Shown: piece after piece, positions 1 through 9,272 of the stretch
How positions within the stretch are numbered: position 1 is the stretch's first letter
How the letters are laid out: the number at the start of each line of letters is the position of its first letter
From: Burkholderiaceae bacterium
GTDB taxonomy: Bacteria; Pseudomonadota; Gammaproteobacteria; Burkholderiales; Burkholderiaceae_E
NCBI GenBank assembly: GCA_050633665.1
Contig: JBOEGY010000006.1
Location: 564,824-628,823, forward strand
Length of the DNA: 64,000 nucleotides
Reading direction: 5' to 3'
The notes under the pieces: model-generated
The model's input: only the letters and a program-made list of their open reading frames with translations
The model's database searches: none
What the model was told of the DNA's origin: nothing
Position numbers and translations under genes: made by a program

Positions 1-2
1 GT

Positions 3-506
3 GATCGCTGCCCGATTGCCGGTACTTGTCAGGCTTTTCAGCAGGACCGGGTTCACGAGTTACCAACCCGACGCAAACGGGCAAGCCTGCCGCAACGTCA
101 GACAACCGTGTTGGTGTTGCTCAACGAGCGTCGCGAAGTATTGCTTCAGTTGCGCCCTGATACCGGAATCTGGGGTGGTTTGTTGAGTTTGCCGGAATCT
201 GGTCTGCCGCCGGATAGTCGATCGATTGCTCACTTACAAGACTGTGGATTAGGCTCAATGGTCGCCCAGTCGGGGCACGCTGGTATGTCTGGTCCAGAGC
301 TTGCTCCGATCAACCATACATTCACGCATTTCAAACTCACGCTGCGACCGGTTGTCATACGCGTATCGGCGAGCATGCCGGCGCTGAATGACTCGACTGC
401 GGGCCTTGCGCGGTTTGTTTCATTGAGCCAAATAGAAACAGCCGCTTTGCCTCGTCCCATCAAAACGCTGTTGACCCGCGTGAGTCAATCTGAGTCGCCG
501 ACCTAA
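3..506 (+). CDS. mutY: A/G-specific adenine glycosylase MutY, C-terminal part (5' end outside window)
   Basis: Frame 3 is open from the window edge. Translation begins DRCPIAGTCQAF (Cys-rich Fe-S loop region) and continues into a NUDIX-like segment VLVLLNERREVLLQLRPDTGIWGGLLSLPE, typical of the MutY C-terminal domain. Confidence 0.75.
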   Translation, partial: DRCPIAGTCQAFQQDRVHELPTRRKRASLPQRQTTVLVLLNERREVLLQLRPDTGIWGGLLSLPESGLPPDSRSIAHLQDCGLGSMVAQSGHAGMSGPELAPINHTFTHFKLTLRPVVIRVSASMPALNDSTAGLARFVSLSQIETAALPRPIKTLLTRVSQSESPT

Positions 507-552
507 CATGATGCGGCAGGCTCGCGGTCGCAGGATGAAGGCTGCGGGGGAT

Positions 553-1395
553 CTAGCCTTGCGGTGTAATTGCCGTCAGCCAGGTGGGATCTCCGCCAAA
601 ATCCTCTGACAACTTCCTTGCGCCGGCCAGCAGGGCGGGCAACATGTCCATGTCTTGTCCGTTGTCAAAGCGGTACCGGGGGCCGGATATAGTGAGCGCG
701 CCGATCAGTGACTTGTTGACCCCTAGTACCGGGATCGACAAGGCTGCAATTTCGGCGTCGACTTCGCCGGCCGAAGCGCAAAAGCCATCGTTGCGCACTC
801 GGTCCAGGTGTTCGCCTGAGTCGCCGCCAAATGCGCGAAGCACATGGGAGGCTGCCCCGCAGTCGATCGGGAGTCGGTCACCTTCACGGATCGCGTCGCG
901 CACCATGCGTGCGGAGTCCACCCGATGCAGGCAGACGCCGAACTCGCCTTCACGGGTGTAGAACGATGCGCACTCGCTAGTCTGTTCAACAATCGTTCGC
1001 AGAACGGGTGGTACCAGATCGAACGTGCGGCACTGGCGCTGGAACAGTGATGCCAGCCGTAGCGTGGCAGGCCCCAGTTGGTAGGTTCCGTCAGCCAGCC
1101 TGCGCAGGTAATAAGAGCGCAACAGGGATTCTATGAGCCGCAAAATTGTACTTTTGTACAGCCCGGTTCGTTGGGCAATATCGGCCAGCGCTAACGAATG
1201 ATCTTCGTCGCGAAATGCCTCCAGAATGGATAGGGCGCGATCAACGGCAGCGACTCCGGCTTCCGGGGCAGGGGGCGAAGTAGGCATTTCGGGATTCGTC
1301 GCGAAGGTCTGGGCCGTGTGGCATGAGCGCTGTTTCTGTAGCGTCGATTCTATCGCATCGTAAAACGTGGTCACCCGGTCTGCGTGCTCAAGCAT
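553..1395 (-). CDS. IclR-family transcriptional regulator
   Basis: 280-aa ORF. It has a winged-HTH segment (VDRALSILEAFRDEDHSLALADIAQRTGLYKSTILRLIESL) plus an IclR effector-domain-like C-terminus. The true start may be the internal Met at about 1287. Confidence 0.85.
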   Translation of the reverse strand: MLEHADRVTTFYDAIESTLQKQRSCHTAQTFATNPEMPTSPPAPEAGVAAVDRALSILEAFRDEDHSLALADIAQRTGLYKSTILRLIESLLRSYYLRRLADGTYQLGPATLRLASLFQRQCRTFDLVPPVLRTIVEQTSECASFYTREGEFGVCLHRVDSARMVRDAIREGDRLPIDCGAASHVLRAFGGDSGEHLDRVRNDGFCASAGEVDAEIAALSIPVLGVNKSLIGALTISGPRYRFDNGQDMDMLPALLAGARKLSEDFGGDPTWLTAITPQG

Positions 1396-1464
1396 GGCGC
1401 TCCGGACGGCCCTTCCGATATACGCGGTGTGTACCGATGGGATGCGCCGGGCGCCGGGCTTTCG

Positions 1465-1479
1465 TTCTGATAGACAGAA
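1465..1479. promoter_or_regulatory. Inverted repeat TTCTG-N5-CAGAA in the IclR/ALDH divergent region (candidate operator)
   Basis: Sequence ttctgatagacagaa read directly. It lies between divergent genes in an AT-rich stretch. Function is inferred only. Confidence 0.25.
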
Positions 1480-1539
1480 TCACTTAATCAATAATAGAAT
1501 TCCCGAAGCAACTCTCCAGGAGCCCGGCAGGGAAGACAA

Positions 1540-3018
1540 ATGAAGCGATACAAGCTTTTTATTGGCAATGAGTGGGTCGAGCCCTCGACCGGCAAGTGGT
1601 TCGAGTCCACCGAACCCTTCTCCGGCGAGCCCTGGTCGCAAGTTCCGCAAGGGGGCGCCGAGGATGTGGAGGCAGCGGTAAGCGCAGCTCACAAGGCCTT
1701 TGATGAGCCCGCCTGGGGGGATCTGACGGCGACCCGGCGCGGCGAACTATTGCGTCAGCTGGGGGACTTGATCGCCCGGAATAGCGAGCTTCTTGCCCAT
1801 GTCGAGCAGCGCGACAATGGCAAGTTGATTTCGGAGGTGATCGGACAGGTCAACAATGTTGCCCAATGGTTCTATTACTACGCTGGCCTGGCCGATAAAG
1901 TGCAGGGCGCCGTAGTTCCGATTAACAAGGATGGCGTATTTAACTATGTTCGATACGAGCCACTGGGTGTTGTCGCGGCGATTACGCCGTGGAACTCGCC
2001 GCTGGCCTTGACGGCATGGAAAGTCGCGCCTGCACTTGCTGCCGGTAATACCATCGTTGTCAAACCTTCTGAGTACACGTCAGCGTCGTTGCTGGAGTTG
2101 GCCTCACTGGTCAAGCAGGCAGGTTTCCCGCCAGGTGTTTTCAATGTCATTACCGGGTTTGGCGCTGACGTGGGCGAGTCGCTGATCAGTCATCCCTTGG
2201 TGGCGAAAATCGCTTTCACCGGTGGCGACGCGGCCGGGCAGAGGATTAATCAAATCGCCGCTCGCGACTTTAAAAAAGTGACGCTGGAGCTCGGCGGAAA
2301 ATCGGCCAACATTGTGTTCGATGACGCGGATCAGGATCAGGCTGTTAAAGGGGTGGTCGCTGGCATTTTCGGTGCGGCCGGACAGACTTGCATGGCCGGT
2401 TCCAGGTTACTGGTTCAACGCAACATTCACGATAGTTTCGTGGACCAACTCATTGCAGTGGCGGGTCAGGCAGTGATTGGCGATCCCGCCAACCAAGCAA
2501 CCGAGATAGGTCCGATCGCAACAGAGGCCCAGTTTCAGAGAATCCTGCGATACATCGATATCGCGAAATCTGAAGGTGCCCGTCTGGTGCTTGGCGGCCA
2601 TGCCTTGACGGGAGACAAGTATGGTCAGGGCCAATTCGTTGCCCCCACGATCTTCACCGAGGTGACCAATCAGATGCAGATAGCCCGAGAGGAAGTATTC
2701 GGGCCTGTGTTGTCGATAATCCCTTTCGATGATGAAGCCGACGCGTTAACGATTGCCAACGATTCACCGTTTGGTCTGGCCGCCGGCATCTGGACCCGGG
2801 ACCTGCACCGCGCCATCTACTTGTCTGACCGAATCAAGGCGGGGACGGTGTGGGTTAACAATTATCGGGCGACTAGTTTCACGACGCCATTTGGTGGTTA
2901 TAAGCGTAGTGGCATTGGGCGTGAAGGTGGCGTCGATGCAATTAAGGCGTATCTGCAATCCAAGAGTGTCTGGATTACTACCCAACCGTCACGCGCGAAC
3001 CCATTCGTATTGGGCTAA
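1540..3018 (+). CDS. NAD(P)-dependent aldehyde dehydrogenase
   Basis: 492-aa ORF with ALDH hallmarks: VTLELGGKSANIVF, the catalytic Cys region GQTCMAGSRLLV, and EEVFGPV. A GGAAG-type RBS precedes the ATG. Confidence 0.9.
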   Translation: MKRYKLFIGNEWVEPSTGKWFESTEPFSGEPWSQVPQGGAEDVEAAVSAAHKAFDEPAWGDLTATRRGELLRQLGDLIARNSELLAHVEQRDNGKLISEVIGQVNNVAQWFYYYAGLADKVQGAVVPINKDGVFNYVRYEPLGVVAAITPWNSPLALTAWKVAPALAAGNTIVVKPSEYTSASLLELASLVKQAGFPPGVFNVITGFGADVGESLISHPLVAKIAFTGGDAAGQRINQIAARDFKKVTLELGGKSANIVFDDADQDQAVKGVVAGIFGAAGQTCMAGSRLLVQRNIHDSFVDQLIAVAGQAVIGDPANQATEIGPIATEAQFQRILRYIDIAKSEGARLVLGGHALTGDKYGQGQFVAPTIFTEVTNQMQIAREEVFGPVLSIIPFDDEADALTIANDSPFGLAAGIWTRDLHRAIYLSDRIKAGTVWVNNYRATSFTTPFGGYKRSGIGREGGVDAIKAYLQSKSVWITTQPSRANPFVLG

Positions 3019-3047
3019 CCCTGACCAGAATCAAATAAGGAGACATC

Positions 3048-4505
3048 ATGAACAGGAAACCGGATGCCGATATGGTCATTATCGGTTGCGGCGTGGCCGG
3101 CATGTCGGCTGCTGTCACTGCTCTGCAGAGCGGTTTGAAAGTCATCAATCTCGAGCGCTCGCCGGAGGAGCATTTCGGCGGTAACTCCCGTTGGACTGAA
3201 GCCTACATGCGCATGAAAAACGATACGGAGATTGCCGACGATTTCGAGGAACATTTCGCAAAGAATGCCGGCTGGAATGTCGACCCGAATGTCCTGGGCG
3301 CGCTGGTGGATGATTCCTCACAGTGGCCGTCTTATGTCAAGTCTCACTCATTGCCGGATCCCGAGTTGATCTCTGCCTTTGCCGACTCCGTGGCGCCCAC
3401 GATAAGCTGGCTCAAAAGTCTCGGTCTGAGTTTCGGGCCGCAACCAATTTACCTGTTGACGCAGAATACGACGCGCATCGCCGCCAAGGGCGGCGGGCTG
3501 GGGATCATTGAGGCATTGCGTGAGCAGGTCTTGGCACTGGGCGGCGAAATTCGGTATCAGACCACGGCGGTAGATCTCGTGCGCACGGCGAGCGGCGTCA
3601 TCAACGGCATTGTTTGTGTTGGTCCCGATGGTCAGCGCCAGACCCTGGCTGCTCGCCATGTGCTGTTGGCAAGCGGCGGTTTTCAGGGCAACCCTGAGAT
3701 GATGACGCAATATGTTGGTTTGCGAAGCAAGCATATCCGACCAGTCGCTATCGGAGGCTATTACAACAAGGGTGAAGGAATTCGAATGGCACTTGCTGCC
3801 GGCGCCGCCCCGGCTGGAGAGTATGGTTCCTACCATGCCGAGCCGGTCGATCCGAGATCCAAGATGGCTGAAGCGGTTGTGTTTATTTACCCTTACGGCA
3901 TTCTGGTCGACAAATTCGCCCAACGATTCATTGATGAAGCCCCCGGTACGGTTGATGCTCACTATGACAACATCACTCGGTCCATTGCCGATCAGCCTGA
4001 CGGGATCAGCTATGTCATTTTTGACTCGAAAGTCGAGGAAATCGAACGCTGGAAAACTAGTATCCGCTCGGATCATCCGCCCTTTGAAGCGGATACGCTC
4101 GCCGAACTGGCTCAGCAATTGGCGTTACCCGAACGGGCGCTGATTAAGACCGTGGCCGAATTTAATGCCGCCTGCCCGGACGACGCCGGACAGTTTCAAC
4201 CGTTCCAATTGGACAACCGCGCCGCGACTGACTTGCCCGTGCCCAAGAGTCATTGGGCACGGACTATCGACAAAGGCCCGTTCCGCGCGTTTCCTATTAT
4301 CGCCACCAATTGTTTTACGTTTGGCGGGCTAAAGGTCAATTCCGATGCCCAGGTTCTTGATCAGGACGGTAAGGTCATGAAGGGGCTCTATGCCGCAGGC
4401 GAGACAATGGGTATTTATCACCAGATCTACACGGGTTCGACATCCGTATTGCGTGGTCTGGTGTTCGGTCGCCGCGCCGCGCAGCACGCCGCCAACGCGG
4501 CCTGA
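3048..4505 (+). CDS. FAD-dependent oxidoreductase, fumarate-reductase/TcuA-like flavoprotein
   Basis: 485 aa. N-terminal dinucleotide fold MVIIGCGVAGMSAAVTAL, followed by GGNSRWT. C-terminal GLYAAGE motif typical of FRD/SDH-type flavoproteins. Strong RBS AAGGAG. Confidence 0.75.
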   Translation: MNRKPDADMVIIGCGVAGMSAAVTALQSGLKVINLERSPEEHFGGNSRWTEAYMRMKNDTEIADDFEEHFAKNAGWNVDPNVLGALVDDSSQWPSYVKSHSLPDPELISAFADSVAPTISWLKSLGLSFGPQPIYLLTQNTTRIAAKGGGLGIIEALREQVLALGGEIRYQTTAVDLVRTASGVINGIVCVGPDGQRQTLAARHVLLASGGFQGNPEMMTQYVGLRSKHIRPVAIGGYYNKGEGIRMALAAGAAPAGEYGSYHAEPVDPRSKMAEAVVFIYPYGILVDKFAQRFIDEAPGTVDAHYDNITRSIADQPDGISYVIFDSKVEEIERWKTSIRSDHPPFEADTLAELAQQLALPERALIKTVAEFNAACPDDAGQFQPFQLDNRAATDLPVPKSHWARTIDKGPFRAFPIIATNCFTFGGLKVNSDAQVLDQDGKVMKGLYAAGETMGIYHQIYTGSTSVLRGLVFGRRAAQHAANAA

Positions 4506-4572
4506 GACGTGCAGTCGCGCAATGAGCAGCCGGCGCGATCACCGGCGTCATTGTCAACATCAACAAAACCGA

Positions 4573-5490
4573 TTACTGACTGTTGGTTTCGAGATCGTAA
4601 ACGATACCGGTAAAAACACCGGTTTTCATGAATCCATTGCCCCAGGTTTTGCCAATTTCCGCCAACGGGTTGGCAGCCAGTACCTGCTCACGCGTCTGGC
4701 CCGCCTTGATCAATGGACGAATCGCAGCCAGTACGTTTTGCAGCATGTCTTGATAGGCGACCAGGTCTGCCTTGGTGGCGATCGGGCCGTGCCCGGGAAT
4801 AATCCGGGTTTCATCATTGATCATCGCAATCGCCGATTGCGCAGCCTTGACGATGCCGGTCACTGAACCACCACTGCTTTGGTCAATGAACGGAAAGAAC
4901 CCGTTGAAAAATGTATCGCCCATATGCAAGACGTTTGGCTCGGTGAAATAGACTACCGAATCCCCGTCGGTATGCGCTGCCGGGCGGTGCATAACTCGAA
5001 TATGATGGCCGTTAAAGTAGAACGACACATCATTGGAGAAAGTCACCACAGGCAGCGCCGCATTGGGTGAGGGCGGGACTTCTCGACCGAATGCCTTCAT
5101 GAATTGTTTGGTTGACATTCTTTCGCGCACATTGCGGTGGGCAACGACGACGGCGCCAGTCTTGCCAAAATTCTCGTTACCCCCTGTATGGTCGCCATGC
5201 CAATGGGTATTTAGAACATATCGAACCGGTTTGTCGGACAGTTCATTGATGGCCGCCATGATTTTCTTGCTAAGCGGGGCGAACTGGTCGTCAATTAGGA
5301 AAATGCCGTCCTCGCCAATCGATACGCCGATATTACCGCCCGCGCCGGTCAGCATGAAAATGCCATTCTCAAGCGCGGTAGTTTTGATCTCGACTTTGCT
5401 GAAGTCGGTCTGTGCGCCTGCCGGGATGGTCAGCGCGAGCGAAGAAAGAGTTGCAATGGAGAGAAAAGCTTGTCGGATCGTTTTTCGCAT
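4573..5490 (-). CDS. Secreted MBL-fold metallo-hydrolase
   Basis: 305 aa. Signal-peptide-like N-terminus (MRKTIRQAFLSIATLSSLALTIPAGAQT). HxHxDH motif HWHGDHTGG. Confidence 0.85.
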   Translation of the reverse strand: MRKTIRQAFLSIATLSSLALTIPAGAQTDFSKVEIKTTALENGIFMLTGAGGNIGVSIGEDGIFLIDDQFAPLSKKIMAAINELSDKPVRYVLNTHWHGDHTGGNENFGKTGAVVVAHRNVRERMSTKQFMKAFGREVPPSPNAALPVVTFSNDVSFYFNGHHIRVMHRPAAHTDGDSVVYFTEPNVLHMGDTFFNGFFPFIDQSSGGSVTGIVKAAQSAIAMINDETRIIPGHGPIATKADLVAYQDMLQNVLAAIRPLIKAGQTREQVLAANPLAEIGKTWGNGFMKTGVFTGIVYDLETNSQ

Positions 5491-5630
5491 GACGGGTCTC
5501 GTGGAAAATTAGTTCGTGGTAAGTCGTTCGGACCTATCGGTACTGACAAATCCGCAAAACCAGCCCATGGGATCATTCACTTCATTGTTCAGCGACATCA
5601 AACCGGGTCGGTAGTTCGGTTCTGCGCGGG

Positions 5631-6272
5631 TTAGATGATGCCTTGACGCTTAAGGAAGTCATGCACAACGGTTAGCCGGGCAACCGGGTCATCAACCATC
5701 ATTAGCTTGTGTTTGGTTGGTGCAGGAATCGGTAGAAATTCACACAACCGATTAGATACCCAGCTAGAAGATTCAAACCGATAAGGCGCTTCGATCATCT
5801 TGCGCATCGGGTTGGTTTCCTTCTCGACGAGACCTCGCACGATGCGTTCGAGCAGAGGCACACAAGCCGCATATTCGGCCGGCACTTGGACGTCGCATTC
5901 AGGTTCAATGAAACTGACATTGGCAATGATCAGCCCGCTTTTTTCGGTACGTGCGGTTTCGATTGAAAAGCGCTCTTGTCCGATTGTGCGAATATTCAAC
6001 AGGCCAAGCTGTTCCATATCCCACTCGGTAATGGCGGCGGCGCATCCTGTCGAGGTGTGTTCGGCCGGCTGGCCAACTTCCCCGCCATCGGTGATCAGGC
6101 AAACCCCAAAGCGGGTTTCACTTTTCAGGCAATCGCGCACCATGTCCATATAGCGCGCCTCAAAAATTCGCAGCGGCAACACGCCTTCAGGGAACAACAC
6201 CGCACTAAGCGGGAAAATTGGTATCTCGACCGTAGCAGACTTGGCAACGTCGCTTTCGGCCGATTTGCTCAC
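5631..6272 (-). CDS. LON N-terminal (substrate-binding) domain protein
   Basis: 213 aa. The IPIFPLSAVLFPEGVLPLRIFEARY start is typical of the Lon N-domain family. The gene overlaps the rapZ stop by 4 nt. Confidence 0.8.
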   Translation of the reverse strand: MSKSAESDVAKSATVEIPIFPLSAVLFPEGVLPLRIFEARYMDMVRDCLKSETRFGVCLITDGGEVGQPAEHTSTGCAAAITEWDMEQLGLLNIRTIGQERFSIETARTEKSGLIIANVSFIEPECDVQVPAEYAACVPLLERIVRGLVEKETNPMRKMIEAPYRFESSSWVSNRLCEFLPIPAPTKHKLMMVDDPVARLTVVHDFLKRQGII

Positions 6273-7159
6273 GGAGCCTGAGTGGCGGTGATCGCGGAAA
6301 CTGCTCTCATTTGAATGCCGCGATGTCGAATCAGCACACTTTCGGTTCGGGCAAACCTGTCGGCCAGGGTTTCAACGCAGTAAACGCTGCGATGCTGGCC
6401 GCCCGTGCAACCGATGCCAACGGTCAGGTAGCTCCGGTGTTCCTGAATATAGTGCGGCAGCCACGTATTGAGGAAATCGCTGATCGACTCAATCATGTTG
6501 TTTACTGACGGAATGTTGTTCAGGTATTGAGCGACCGGTTCATCCTGCCCGGTCAGTTTTTTCAACTCGGGTACGTAATGCGGGTTCGGCAGGCACCGCA
6601 CGTCAAAAACGAGGTCGGCATCCAGCGGAATGCCATATTTAAATGCGAAAGATTGAAACACTAGTGTCAGCGAGGTTCGATCAGAGCCGACCATCTCTCG
6701 CAGCCATTTTCGCATTGAGTTGGGGTGTAGATCGCTGGTGTCCAGCGCGTTACCGATTTCCATCATGTCGCTCATCAGCTCGCGCTCTTTCTCGATTGAC
6801 TCCTCGAGTGTCGGAAGGCGATCTTCAGAAGCGATACGTAAGGCGAGCGGGTGACGACGGCGCGATTCGGAGTAGCGCTGAATCAAGACGTCCGAGCGGG
6901 CATTCAGGAAAATAACTTTCACGTCATGGCCGAAGCGAGAAAGGCCGTTGACGATCTGGGGCAGGTCGCGAATATCGCCGGCCCGGGCATCGATGGCAAC
7001 CGCCACCCTGTCTAGCCCGTCTTCCTGTAACGACATGACAACTTCGTGCAGAAAGCGCAACGGCAGATTATCGATGCAAAAGTATCCATCGTCTTCGAGT
7101 GCATTCGCGGCAATGGACTTCCCCGAGCCCGAAATACCGGTGACCAGTACAACTTTCAA
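6269..7159 (-). CDS. rapZ: RNase adapter protein RapZ
   Basis: 296 aa. Walker A VTGISGSGKS. Conserved YFCIDNLP and CTGGQHRSV motifs. Located in the rpoN-operon context. Confidence 0.9.
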   Translation of the reverse strand: MKVVLVTGISGSGKSIAANALEDDGYFCIDNLPLRFLHEVVMSLQEDGLDRVAVAIDARAGDIRDLPQIVNGLSRFGHDVKVIFLNARSDVLIQRYSESRRRHPLALRIASEDRLPTLEESIEKERELMSDMMEIGNALDTSDLHPNSMRKWLREMVGSDRTSLTLVFQSFAFKYGIPLDADLVFDVRCLPNPHYVPELKKLTGQDEPVAQYLNNIPSVNNMIESISDFLNTWLPHYIQEHRSYLTVGIGCTGGQHRSVYCVETLADRFARTESVLIRHRGIQMRAVSAITATQAP

Positions 7160-7177
7160 CCGTTCATCCTTTTTTCC

Positions 7178-8119
7178 TTAATAGTCGAGCTCAGTGTCGC
7201 TGGCTATTGCCTGGCGTTGTCTCTCGACGAATTCAGCTGTCGTATCGATGCCCCGTAATTGCAAAACGGTGCTCCGAACCGCGCCCTCGGTTAATACTGC
7301 CAGATTACGGCCAGCCGCAACCGGAACAACCACTGTTCTGACAGGCAAACCCAACACGTTCTGAGTTTGAGCCTGCAGAGGCAATCGTTGGGCATCGTCC
7401 ACCATGTCGGAGCGTTTGACTAGCTGGACAATTAATTTCAGCCTCATGCGGCGACGTACGGCTGTCTCGCCAAATATGGCCTTTATGTCCAGCAGGCCAA
7501 GTCCGCGTACTTCCAGCAGATTCATCAGCAGGGGCGGACAACGCCCCTCGATCGCATTGGAGGAAATACGGCTTAATTCGACCACATCATCAGCAACCAG
7601 TCCGTGTCCCCGGCTAATCAACTCAAGAGCCAACTCGCTCTTGCCCAGTCCAGATTGACCTGAAATCAATACCCCCATGCCCAAAACATCCATAAAGACG
7701 CCATGCAAGGATGTTTGCGCGGCATTGGCTCGTGCCAGCAGCGATCGCAGCGATTCAATGACTCGCGCAGAAGTTTCCGATGAACCAAATACTGAGATGC
7801 CAGCCTTGTTGGCCTCGCGAAGGATGGAAGCGGGCGCAGCCAGATTCTCGGCAAATACGAGTGCTGGCGGGGCACCGTTAATCAGGTCTTTTAATAGTGC
7901 TTTGCCCCGGACTGGCTCAAGCCGCTCGATGTATTTCATTTCAGCCGCGCCAATGACGTGAATCCGGCCCGGATGAATCATATTCAGGTGACCAACCAGG
8001 TCGGCCGGCTCCATGCTCCCGGTACTGATTTCCCGAGAGTTGGGCTCGCTGTCAGAAAGCAAGACCATGCCAAGCACTTCTTTTCTCTCGGCAAACAACC
8101 TGGCGACAGTCATTGTCAT
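7178..8119 (-). CDS. hprK: HPr kinase/phosphorylase
   Basis: 313 aa. P-loop GQSGLGKSELALELI followed by LVADDVVEL. Sits between ptsN and rapZ. Confidence 0.9.
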   Translation of the reverse strand: MTMTVARLFAERKEVLGMVLLSDSEPNSREISTGSMEPADLVGHLNMIHPGRIHVIGAAEMKYIERLEPVRGKALLKDLINGAPPALVFAENLAAPASILREANKAGISVFGSSETSARVIESLRSLLARANAAQTSLHGVFMDVLGMGVLISGQSGLGKSELALELISRGHGLVADDVVELSRISSNAIEGRCPPLLMNLLEVRGLGLLDIKAIFGETAVRRRMRLKLIVQLVKRSDMVDDAQRLPLQAQTQNVLGLPVRTVVVPVAAGRNLAVLTEGAVRSTVLQLRGIDTTAEFVERQRQAIASDTELDY

Positions 8120-8131
8120 GATAGGCCGGGG

Positions 8132-8602
8132 TCAGGCAGCCGGACGGTAAGGGGTCCAGGTAGACAGGACCCGATGCATTTGACCTGGATCGGTTTCTGT
8201 CATCAGTGACTCGCGGATATTTTCATCCGACAGTAACTCGGCCAATTCGGAGAGTATTTCAAGATGTTCTTCGTTGGCGTTCTCAGGCACCAGCAGAAAC
8301 ACCAGCAGACTGACTGGCTCACCATCGGGGGCGTCAAACGGAATAGGCGTTGCAACCCTGATCACAGCGGCAAGCGCTTCCTTCAGGCCTTTTATACGGC
8401 CGTGCGGAATGGCGACGGCTTCGCCCAGACCGGTCGAGCCGAGTCGTTCACGTGCAAACAGCGAATCAAAGACCTTATCGCGTTCGATGTTGTGGCTGGC
8501 TTCAAACATCAGCCCAACTTGCTCGAACAGGCGCTTTTTGCTGGTTACCGGCAGGTCGACACGGACATTGTCAGGTGTCAACAGGCGGGAAATCCGGTTC
8601 AT
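8132..8602 (-). CDS. ptsN: PTS IIA-like nitrogen regulatory protein PtsN
   Basis: 156 aa. EIIA(Ntr) active-site region GLGEAVAIPHGR. Conserved position downstream of rpoN-hpf. Confidence 0.9.
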   Translation of the reverse strand: MNRISRLLTPDNVRVDLPVTSKKRLFEQVGLMFEASHNIERDKVFDSLFARERLGSTGLGEAVAIPHGRIKGLKEALAAVIRVATPIPFDAPDGEPVSLLVFLLVPENANEEHLEILSELAELLSDENIRESLMTETDPGQMHRVLSTWTPYRPAA

Positions 8603-8672
8603 TGCTTCTTGATCCCTAAGACTAAATGCTGCCCGAAAACGTCCAAAAGCAGACTAGAGGCAGTGGCACCGA

Positions 8673-8678
8673 TTATAA
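8673..8678 (-). promoter_or_regulatory. Perfect TATAAT box (minus strand) 71 nt upstream of the ptsN ATG, flanked by two GTGCCA repeats
   Basis: Minus-strand reading is cGTGCCAactctTATAATcgGTGCCActg. There is no convincing -35 element, so the promoter call is tentative. Confidence 0.3.
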
Positions 8679-8790
8679 GAGTTGGCACGAGTTAGGCGCA
8701 GAAAATTTGATGCTGTGCAGCATATAGTGTGAAGCATTTCACAGGTTCTGTCCCTTCGGCGTTCCGCATTCAGATCTCAAGGCGTTTACG

Positions 8791-8828
8791 CCAGGAACCA
8801 CCGGATTGGTCTATACCGTGGTTCCTGG
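8791..8828 (-). terminator. Stem-loop (11-bp perfect stem, 16-nt loop) directly downstream of hpf
   Basis: ccaggaaccac / gtggttcctgg read directly. There is no U-tract, so it may be a processing or stability element rather than an intrinsic terminator. Confidence 0.35.
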
Positions 8829-8843
8829 TGGGTCAAAGACTAA

Positions 8844-9182
8844 TCAAGTCTCTGAGGTCAGTTCTTCAACTGCTTGATGTTTAAGGGCTTCGTGGCCATG
8901 TTGAGCCCTTTTCTTTTTGTATTTGATAACTTGTCGATCAAGTTTGTCGACCAGACTGTCAATTGCCGCGTATAAATCTTCGTTCGTCGCTTCAGCAAAA
9001 AGATCGCGACCCCTGACATGGACGTTTATTTCCGCTTTCTGGTCGAGTTTATTGACAGAAAACAGCATCTGCACATCAATGACGTGATCAAAGTGACGAG
9101 TAATCCGTTCTAGCTTGCCGGTGGCGTAGTCCCTGAGGGCGGGAGTGACACTGACATGATGACCGCTGATCGAAAGATTCAT
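8844..9182 (-). CDS. hpf: Ribosome hibernation promoting factor
   Basis: [31 protein letters not shown] is the typical HPF/YhbH N-terminus. The ORF-track start at 9224 is a 14-codon upstream extension. Confidence 0.9.
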   Translation of the reverse strand: MNLSISGHHVSVTPALRDYATGKLERITRHFDHVIDVQMLFSVNKLDQKAEINVHVRGRDLFAEATNEDLYAAIDSLVDKLDRQVIKYKKKRAQHGHEALKHQAVEELTSET

Positions 9183-9272
9183 GCAACCTCCTTCTGCTTG
9201 GTGAGCCGCTTCTGCGGGCAACACGAAGCATTAATGATGACGATTGGGCAAAACCAGAATTTGCAGTGTCTG

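Noticed and set aside
3348-4118. 256-aa minus-strand ORF inside the FAD oxidoreductase gene
   Set aside because: It is antisense to a well-supported CDS and has no recognisable domain. It is a GC-rich shadow ORF.
9183-9224. ORF-track N-terminal extensions: hpf 9183-9224, kdsC 13580-13723, ibaG 22482-22553, hisG 23940-24068, HIT 30651-30797, SDR 55975-56100
   Set aside because: In each case the family-typical N-terminus begins at an internal Met. The extension overlaps the upstream gene or has non-protein-like composition.
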